Positions 18,599-24,995 of a DNA stretch of 38,195 nucleotides are shown in pieces. The DNA is from a virus. The stretch lies in the UHGV virus genome UHGV-0058093; one strand, written 5' to 3'. Each line of letters opens with the position of its first letter. Within the stretch, counting starts at the first letter, position 1. The notes below the pieces were generated by a model, which saw only the letters and a program-made list of their open reading frames with translations, was not told the origin of the DNA and ran no database searches. The position numbers and the translations under genes were made by a program.

Positions 18599-19672
18599 AT
18601 GGCAACAAATGAAAATAATCCTTGTACCTGTACTACTCCAGAGTATACAATAATATTAAATCAACAAGGCCCTTCTGGTAGGCAAGGAGCAACAGGACAG
18701 AATGGATTTAGTCCAATAATAGCTGTTGGTACAAATACAAGAGATACATATAATCTAGTAATTACTACAGCAGATGGTGTTATAACAACTCCTAACTTAA
18801 TATCAGAACCGATACCTAGTGGTGGTATTAATGGTCAGGTATTAACTAATTTTGGTAATGATGTTTATGGTTGGGGTACACTGCCTAATGCTACAACCGA
18901 GTCACAAGGGGTAGTATATTTATCAACTGATGAAGATTTTCAACCTGATGAAGAAGGTAATGTGGATGACACTACAGCTTGTACTCCACAAACAGTAGTT
19001 GATTATGTTCAGAGTGTGGGCTTACCTATTGCTTCTACTACTACTCTTGGTGGAATTAAAGTAGGTGATGGATTATCGATAACAGATGATGGAGTACTAA
19101 GTGCTAGTGGTGGAGGAAGTGAACTAAACCACATTCAAGATACTGAACTCGGTGTTCAAATAGATGATGGAGACCCTATACCTCAAACTGGAACTTATTA
19201 TTATAAAAATATAGAATTAAGGAGTGTCTCTTCTGCTAGCATAAGTGACCCGAGTGTACAGATTGAAGCTTACGTATACACATATCAGGATGGTACTCTT
19301 GAGCAAAGAAATCAAGAAACTATTATAAATGTTAGTTCTGGACAGTTTTCGGTAGGGAATTCTAATACACAATTAAGACTACATAGTAGTGATGAAATAC
19401 AAGCAGAGGTAGATTTAGGAGTTCCTAAGGTTGTAACTACTGGACTAAGATATAAAACTCTAACTAGTACAGAATATGAGGCATTATCAACAAAAGACGC
19501 AGATACAATGTATAGACTTACTGATACTAATGAAGTATATCTAGGCACTATCCCTTTAACAGGTGGAGCTAGTGCTCAATATAAAACATTACTAATAAAC
19601 AATTATGATAATGCTACTCAAACAAACTTAGGCGGTAGCACTACAGTACAAGTAACAGATACGGAGGTATAA
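18599..19672 (+). CDS. Tail fibre protein
   Basis: Short collagen-like GPSGRQGATGQNGFSP; LPIASTTTLGGIKVGDGLSITDDGVLSA fibre repeat; start moved to ATG 18599 after RBS AGGAG. Confidence 0.75.
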   Translation: MATNENNPCTCTTPEYTIILNQQGPSGRQGATGQNGFSPIIAVGTNTRDTYNLVITTADGVITTPNLISEPIPSGGINGQVLTNFGNDVYGWGTLPNATTESQGVVYLSTDEDFQPDEEGNVDDTTACTPQTVVDYVQSVGLPIASTTTLGGIKVGDGLSITDDGVLSASGGGSELNHIQDTELGVQIDDGDPIPQTGTYYYKNIELRSVSSASISDPSVQIEAYVYTYQDGTLEQRNQETIINVSSGQFSVGNSNTQLRLHSSDEIQAEVDLGVPKVVTTGLRYKTLTSTEYEALSTKDADTMYRLTDTNEVYLGTIPLTGGASAQYKTLLINNYDNATQTNLGGSTTVQVTDTEV

Positions 19673-19675
19673 CGA

Positions 19676-20251
19676 ATGTTATTAAATAATTTTAGAAGGG
19701 TATTGGTAAATACAATATCGGGCAACCTTGGCCTATCTCAAACAAGGGGTATGACTGGAGAAGTAAAAACAACTGGGGGTTCAGTGTATAAACCCAGTAG
19801 CCCAAATTATATAGACTCTCCACAAATAGGTGGTTTACAGTCCAACTGTAATATTTGCACAAGCGGTACAAATTATGATAGTACAAGTATTCCAACTGGG
19901 AATTTTAGTTTACAAGGGTGTGAAATATATTTAGGTACTGGTAATGTTACTCCAACTATTGATGATTATAAACTTTCAGGGGAGCTAGTAACTGTCTTAA
20001 AATCTCAAGAACAAAGTACAACTGCTAATAATAATAGTATTACATTTTCTGCTATAGCAACAAATAATACCGAAAGTCCTGTAACTATAAAGGAAATAGG
20101 GTTAGGAGGATATTATAGTAATCCTAATTGTGTATTCCTATTAACTAGAGATGTGTTAGCTACTCCTGTAACTCTAAATACTGGAGATAGTAAAACATTC
20201 TCGATTACAATAGACCTTAGAAGTTTAACAGATACTACAGTAAATGAATAA
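19676..20251 (+). CDS. Fibre-associated virion protein
   Basis: IYLGTGNVTPTIDDYKL...VTIKEIGL...LLTRDVLATPVTL pattern seen in tail proteins. Confidence 0.55.
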   Translation: MLLNNFRRVLVNTISGNLGLSQTRGMTGEVKTTGGSVYKPSSPNYIDSPQIGGLQSNCNICTSGTNYDSTSIPTGNFSLQGCEIYLGTGNVTPTIDDYKLSGELVTVLKSQEQSTTANNNSITFSAIATNNTESPVTIKEIGLGGYYSNPNCVFLLTRDVLATPVTLNTGDSKTFSITIDLRSLTDTTVNE

Positions 20252-20269
20252 CTAGGAAGGAGATATTTG

Positions 20270-20305
20270 ATGGCTTGTAAGAAAAGACGTAAAAGAGGTA
20301 AATAG
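20270..20305 (+). CDS. Basic micropeptide MACKKRRKRGK
   Basis: Strong RBS AGGAAGGAG at canonical spacing; 11 codons then TAG. Confidence 0.5.
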   Translation: MACKKRRKRGK

Positions 20306-20310
20306 TTAGT

Positions 20311-20412
20311 TATTAAATCTAAGGGTACTAGAAGGCGTCTCAAGACGGGGTAAATATTAAACTATCCTGTCTTAAACAAACCCTTCTTAAAATTGATTGT
20401 AGATACCTTAAA
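20311..20412 (-). repeat. Copy of dispersed ~100-bp element (reverse orientation)
   Basis: Shares a perfect 17-mer TTTAAGGTATCTACAAT and a similar far end with 22031-22143. Confidence 0.7.
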
Positions 20413-20429
20413 TAAAAGGAGATATATTT

Positions 20430-20729
20430 ATGGGATTATTTAATAAAATTAAAAACTGGTTTATCAAACGTAGGATAGAAAGAATTAAAAGAGACTTACC
20501 TAAGTTTAAAAATAAACTAAGAACAGTACTACTTGTAGGATTACAGAAACTAGATACTGATAAGGTTGATAAAGTAGAGACTCAACTTATCATCTTGGGT
20601 ATTCAAGCAGCTCAATCTTACTTTGGTTGTAATGTATTAGATGATGAGATTAAGAAAACAATAGCAGAAGAAGTAGTAGAAATACTAGGTAAGATAAATC
20701 GTAAAGCACAAGATATAGTGGAGGGTTAA
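20430..20729 (+). CDS. Hypothetical protein
   Basis: RBS AAGGAG; 99 aa with an amphipathic basic N-terminus. Confidence 0.7.
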   Translation: MGLFNKIKNWFIKRRIERIKRDLPKFKNKLRTVLLVGLQKLDTDKVDKVETQLIILGIQAAQSYFGCNVLDDEIKKTIAEEVVEILGKINRKAQDIVEG

Positions 20730-20732
20730 TAG

Positions 20733-21023
20733 ATGGATATAAACAATATAGTATCACCAGAATTATTAAGACAATATCAGTCTTATACCCAACGTTTTCC
20801 AGAAGGTACTTCCCAACAATTCTTTAATTATATAAGAAGAAACCAACCTCAACTAGCTAATTATGCAAGAAGATTATTAGGTACAGAAGCTAGAACATTG
20901 AGAGGTCTTGGACCCGTTGGAGATATTGTTTATTATGGAACGCTTCCAATGAGAAAGGATGAGATACTTAAAGAGTATAATATGTATATAGATGATAATG
21001 GAAATATAACAGGTAGGATTTAA
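20733..21023 (+). CDS. Hypothetical protein sharing its N-terminal motif with the 12412 ejection protein
   Basis: YQSYTQRFPEGTSQQFFNYIRRNQP versus YNNYKSRFPDGRPDQFLNLMKRNFP. Confidence 0.65.
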   Translation: MDINNIVSPELLRQYQSYTQRFPEGTSQQFFNYIRRNQPQLANYARRLLGTEARTLRGLGPVGDIVYYGTLPMRKDEILKEYNMYIDDNGNITGRI

Positions 21024-21566
21024 ATGTCAATAGATATAGATAAACTAGATAAAACAAAAACATATGTAGTACTTGAATGGGGAACATCAAAGATATCTAA
21101 ACTAATAGACAGGTTTACAAGAGAGTTCTTTCCTTCTGCTAGCTTTAGACCTTCCCACGTACTAGCTCTTATATACAATAGAGGTTGGTGGATATACGAG
21201 AGCCACCTCAAACCAGAACCTAAGTATAAGATACCTAGTGGTACAAGGAAGTATAGATGGAAGATATTTGAAAAGGTATTCCCTAAGATTATATATTCTA
21301 CTGGTGCAGTATATCCGTTAGAGTTAGATGTTAAGCAACTAGAGAATAACTTAGGATTACCTTATGGGGTTAAGGATATTATAGAGTTTGTCAAAGTAGT
21401 TCTCTCTCCTCATTACGACCAGATGAATAGAAAAGGTATGATATGTAGTGAGTATATAGCTACTGGATGTACTGCTATAAGAGAATATTTTAAATCAGCT
21501 CCTTATAAAATAACTCCAGCTCATTTCTTTAAATACTTTATAGAAAACAAAATCCACCCAGTATAG
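21024..21566 (+). CDS. Permuted papain-like amidase (YiiX/YaeF, C92-like)
   Basis: SHV...IYES precedes MICSEYIA...ITP, the His-before-Cys order of permuted NlpC/P60 enzymes. Confidence 0.65.
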   Translation: MSIDIDKLDKTKTYVVLEWGTSKISKLIDRFTREFFPSASFRPSHVLALIYNRGWWIYESHLKPEPKYKIPSGTRKYRWKIFEKVFPKIIYSTGAVYPLELDVKQLENNLGLPYGVKDIIEFVKVVLSPHYDQMNRKGMICSEYIATGCTAIREYFKSAPYKITPAHFFKYFIENKIHPV

Positions 21567-21575
21567 GAGGAAGGT

Positions 21576-22016
21576 ATGAAAATAAACAAAGAAGGTTTAT
21601 CTATAATTAAACAATGTGAAGGTTGTAGGTTAAAAGCTTATTTATGTCCTAGCCTAATACCTACAATCGGCTATGGTCATACTACTGGTGTTAAATTAGG
21701 AGACATTATAACACAAGCTGACGCAGATAGATACTTACTTCAAGATATAAAAAGATTTGAACAAGCTGTTTCTGCGTTAGTTAAAGTACCTATTAATGAA
21801 AACCAGTTCTCCGCATTAGTATCTTTTGCTTTTAATGTTGGAGTTGGCAATCTTAAATCTTCTACATTACTAAAGAAATTAAACCTTAGAGATTATAAAG
21901 GTTGTAGTAATGAATTTGATAGATGGGTATATGGTAGTAATAAAAAACCATTAGAAGGTTTAAAGAAAAGGAGAAAGTTAGAAAGAGAATTATTTAATAA
22001 GAGTGTAACCCAGTAA
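21576..22016 (+). CDS. Endolysin, GH24 lysozyme
   Basis: EGCRLKAYLCP..IPTIGYGHT; NQFSALVSFAFNVG; GLKKRRKLERELF. Confidence 0.95.
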   Translation: MKINKEGLSIIKQCEGCRLKAYLCPSLIPTIGYGHTTGVKLGDIITQADADRYLLQDIKRFEQAVSALVKVPINENQFSALVSFAFNVGVGNLKSSTLLKKLNLRDYKGCSNEFDRWVYGSNKKPLEGLKKRRKLERELFNKSVTQ

Positions 22017-22030
22017 TAGCTTAACGATTA

Positions 22031-22143
22031 ATTTTAAGGTATCTACAATACGAATTGACAAGGGTAGGATATGATTAGGATAACTTATACCTAAAAAGTA
22101 TTTAAGCTGTCTTAAATCTAATCCTAGCCCTTTATGATTTAAT
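22031..22143 (+). repeat. Copy of dispersed ~100-bp element
   Basis: TTTAAGGTATCTACAAT...AAGGG...TACCTAAAAAGTATTTA...GTCTTAAATC...CTAG...GATTTAATA. Confidence 0.7.
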
Positions 22144-22154
22144 AATTTAATAGA

Positions 22155-22198
22155 CAAAAAGAAATCCCCCTCCGTTATGGAAGGGGATATTTTTATTA
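22155..22198. terminator. Bidirectional intrinsic terminator where the two arms converge
   Basis: A tract, ATCCCCCTCC-GTTAT-GGAAGGGGAT hairpin, T tract. Confidence 0.85.
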
Positions 22199-22405
22199 TT
22201 TAAATTTACTTTTCATATCCAAGATAGCTGATGCGATATCTTCTTGTACTCTATTAGGTTGTACTGTTTTATAATCGTACTCAAACTTTTTAGCTAGGTT
22301 ACCTACTATAACATTAATAGTTAATACATCATCTTGAAGTCCTGCTGTACAATTACATTTCTGTTTACGTACATAATCTACAATACTCATAACATCTATT
22401 CCCAT
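22196..22405 (-). CDS. Hypothetical protein
   Basis: Coupled to the upstream gene; RBS AAGGAGG. Confidence 0.65.
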   Translation of the reverse strand: MGIDVMSIVDYVRKQKCNCTAGLQDDVLTINVIVGNLAKKFEYDYKTVQPNRVQEDIASAILDMKSKFK

Positions 22406-22695
22406 TATTTATCCTCCTTAATAAACTTTACTGTTGCTAAACCTCTTGCAATAAAATCTATTTGTTCTTCTGTTAGAGAATGTTCACCATTCATAATCCA
22501 ATCAATTGCGTGGAGTATTTCGTGGTAGTAACATTCCTTCTTTTGTTGTTTATGTTGGTCATTTCTTATTTGTATTTTTTGTTCAGGTGGGTTGCAAGCC
22601 CCTAGACATTCTTGATTATTGACTATAATTATTCTATCATCTTCTATAAAATCTACCTCATATTTATACCCCAGAATTTCTACGTGCTTAATCAT
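22405..22695 (-). CDS. Small HEXXH zinc metallopeptidase-like protein
   Basis: LGAC...QKIQI...YYHEILHAI...EE. Confidence 0.7.
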   Translation of the reverse strand: MIKHVEILGYKYEVDFIEDDRIIIVNNQECLGACNPPEQKIQIRNDQHKQQKKECYYHEILHAIDWIMNGEHSLTEEQIDFIARGLATVKFIKEDK

Positions 22696-23192
22696 TACTC
22701 CTCCTTTATAAACTCAGTATAACTAAAACCTTTAGATACTTCTGTAGCACTAGCCATCATTAATCTCGTGAGTGCGTGGGATAGATGGTCATCCTGTGTA
22801 TCTCCACTATATAAAGCTAGTAAATGAAGTAATGCGTGGTTAACGTGTTCCTCTTGTGGGATTAGTCTCCAGTTATTAGGAGCATATCTTGTAGCTCCAT
22901 ACTGTAAAGTCTTGCCAATCATCATTAACCTTTTAGAGAAATCAGGTTCTAACGTTGATGCAGCAGCTGTAAAGCCATCTTTTTCTTGGTGATACATTCC
23001 CCAACATATAAGTTTAATTGCTTCCAAAATGTTACAAGGTTTGTCTAACTCTGATAATATATCTTCACATTCGTTACCTAAGAATAATGGGTCTATTAAA
23101 TGGATGGCTGCTGGAGATTTAGATTGTTTACCACCATCTTTATTAGTTACTATCTCTGCGTCTGTTCCCATACCTTCAAATAAATCATCCAT
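22695..23192 (-). CDS. DUF5664-like dATP/dGTP diphosphohydrolase domain protein
   Basis: GKTLQYGATRYAPNNWR...HALLHL...DDHLSHALTRLMM. Confidence 0.7.
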   Translation of the reverse strand: MDDLFEGMGTDAEIVTNKDGGKQSKSPAAIHLIDPLFLGNECEDILSELDKPCNILEAIKLICWGMYHQEKDGFTAAASTLEPDFSKRLMMIGKTLQYGATRYAPNNWRLIPQEEHVNHALLHLLALYSGDTQDDHLSHALTRLMMASATEVSKGFSYTEFIKEE

Positions 23193-23503
23193 TAGTTTCC
23201 TCCTAATCTAAATTCCTTTAATAAGTCATCACCCCAAGTACAAGCCCTTAGAAAATTAAACAATCTCTCCTCCATCTGTTCTTTTACAATCAAAGCATTA
23301 AATCTATATACTACTTGTGTATCTTTATCTACATACTTAAGTTCATAATAATAATCATCAGCCACCATTAATCCTCCCTATCCTCTGATAGTATATCTAT
23401 TAAATCTTTTTGTTCTTGTATTTTTCTCATTAACTTCTTACATAAAGATTTATATGTTTTGTTTTCTATTTCAAGCTCTATAAACTTAAAATAGTACTTT
23501 AAT

Positions 23504-23677
23504 CTATTCACTCAATACACCTCTTAAACTTTCTAACTGAATACATAGCTGCCTATCTTCTGCATTAACACAGTTAGGATATAATATCTTAATAGATAAC
23601 TCATCTCCTATTACCCAAGCTACTGGTATAAAAGCTACTATAGCAAATCCTAATAAAAATTTTAATCCTTCTGTCAT
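23504..23677 (-). CDS. Small membrane-anchored protein (57 aa, MTEGLKFLLGFAIVAFIPVAWVIG...)
   Basis: Translated by hand; RBS AGGAG; one N-terminal hydrophobic helix. Confidence 0.5.
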   Translation of the reverse strand: MTEGLKFLLGFAIVAFIPVAWVIGDELSIKILYPNCVNAEDRQLCIQLESLRGVLSE

Positions 23678-23812
23678 TTCTTTACTCCTATTGTTTTTAA
23701 ATAAATACTTAACATATATCTCTTTAATAATTTATTGTTTACGTATTTATAACGACTATTAAACATAATATTACTAAATAAATATTGATAAAGATTATAT
23801 AAATCATATCCT

Positions 23813-24046
23813 TTATATATCCTTCTTTTTATCACTAGGTAAATTCTCCCAACATTCCTGACAAATAAACATATAAGGTGTTTCGTATCCACTAACAAAT
23901 TCTGTTTTAAGTTTATATCCTGCCATCTTCATATCTTCTAAACACATATTACATCTATGGGGGTATTTAGATTTCTCATACATATCTTTTGTTCTCTTGA
24001 TACCTATGATATCTAGTGCCTTAGCAAACATTTCATCTTCTACCAT
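23813..24046 (-). CDS. Hypothetical protein with two CxxC motifs
   Basis: CNMC...CQEC; RBS AAGGAGG. Confidence 0.6.
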   Translation of the reverse strand: MVEDEMFAKALDIIGIKRTKDMYEKSKYPHRCNMCLEDMKMAGYKLKTEFVSGYETPYMFICQECWENLPSDKKKDI

Positions 24047-24103
24047 ATATAAACCTCCTTAATATTACTGTTGTTATACTTGTAATTAAAATAAATTCTA
24101 CCA

Positions 24104-24574
24104 TTACTTATTCTCTAACTTCTTTATTATCTCCTTTAATACTACCTTTTTGTACTGGCTCATATCACTTCGATTATCCATATCATATACAAATATATCT
24201 ACTCTTGGATTGTCAACTTCTATACTACCAGAAGTATATACAACGAAAGGAATGTTTTTTGAATTATCATCTGGTAAATGTCCTAGCTCTACCATAGCGT
24301 CCTCAAAAAACTTCTGATGGATTGCCAGTATATTGCCTATATCGTGCCTTCTTTTATCCCCTTTATGAACTTTGTAAACTATCATAACCTTATTGTATAC
24401 TGGTTTATCTTTTAATTGTTCAGCTATTAATTCTTTATATCTTATCTTAGCTGTGTTTAGTAGCCTGAAATGAAAGTTACGATACTGATTTGTATTTAGA
24501 ATAAATTTAACATCTTTATCTTTCTTCTTAGAGTGGGCTACTACTATCTCTAATGGTGATTGTATTTTGTACAT
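24104..24574 (-). CDS. rusA: RusA-family Holliday junction resolvase
   Basis: KRRHDIGN...KFFEDAMVELGHLPDDN...NPRVDI. Confidence 0.8.
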   Translation of the reverse strand: MYKIQSPLEIVVAHSKKKDKDVKFILNTNQYRNFHFRLLNTAKIRYKELIAEQLKDKPVYNKVMIVYKVHKGDKRRHDIGNILAIHQKFFEDAMVELGHLPDDNSKNIPFVVYTSGSIEVDNPRVDIFVYDMDNRSDMSQYKKVVLKEIIKKLENK

Positions 24575-24642
24575 TACCCCTCCTTATTAATCTTTGTAAA
24601 ATGTTTGAAAATCTATATTCATTGATACAATATTTTCGCTCA

Positions 24643-24993
24643 TTATTCACCTTCACTTTCTTCTAATTGTTTTCTTGCTTCCTTCATAATCATTTCTGCT
24701 GTTAGCTCTGCTACTGCATAAGGACTTTTGTTTATTTGTTTCTTGAAGCAATCAGGGTTTTTAACTTTCCAATCTACAGATAAACCTTCTATTATATAAG
24801 GAAATACTACTGTTATTATATGGGAAGCATCTTCTATATAATAATCAACCATAGCTCCTCTCAGTCTATAATCCTCACATCTACATAATTGAGAATATAG
24901 CATCTGTTTTAGTATTATAAACTCTTTACTTAACTTAGGAGCTACAACATCTTTAGTTTCTTTCTTGAATAATGATTTAATATTCTCTAACAT
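24643..24993 (-). CDS. Hypothetical protein
   Basis: Start moved to MLENIKS after RBS GAGGAG. Confidence 0.6.
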   Translation of the reverse strand: MLENIKSLFKKETKDVVAPKLSKEFIILKQMLYSQLCRCEDYRLRGAMVDYYIEDASHIITVVFPYIIEGLSVDWKVKNPDCFKKQINKSPYAVAELTAEMIMKEARKQLEESEGE

Positions 24994-24995
24994 AT

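Noticed and set aside
1356..22016. Avoidance of GATGC (Asp-Ala often written GAC-GCN)
   Set aside because: Several GATGC/GCATC sites are present (for example near 1362, 13621 and 24827), so it cannot be supported without counting.
23674..23898. 74-aa ORF overlapping 23813-24046
   Set aside because: Long same-strand overlap and no clear RBS; at most its 3' part is coding.
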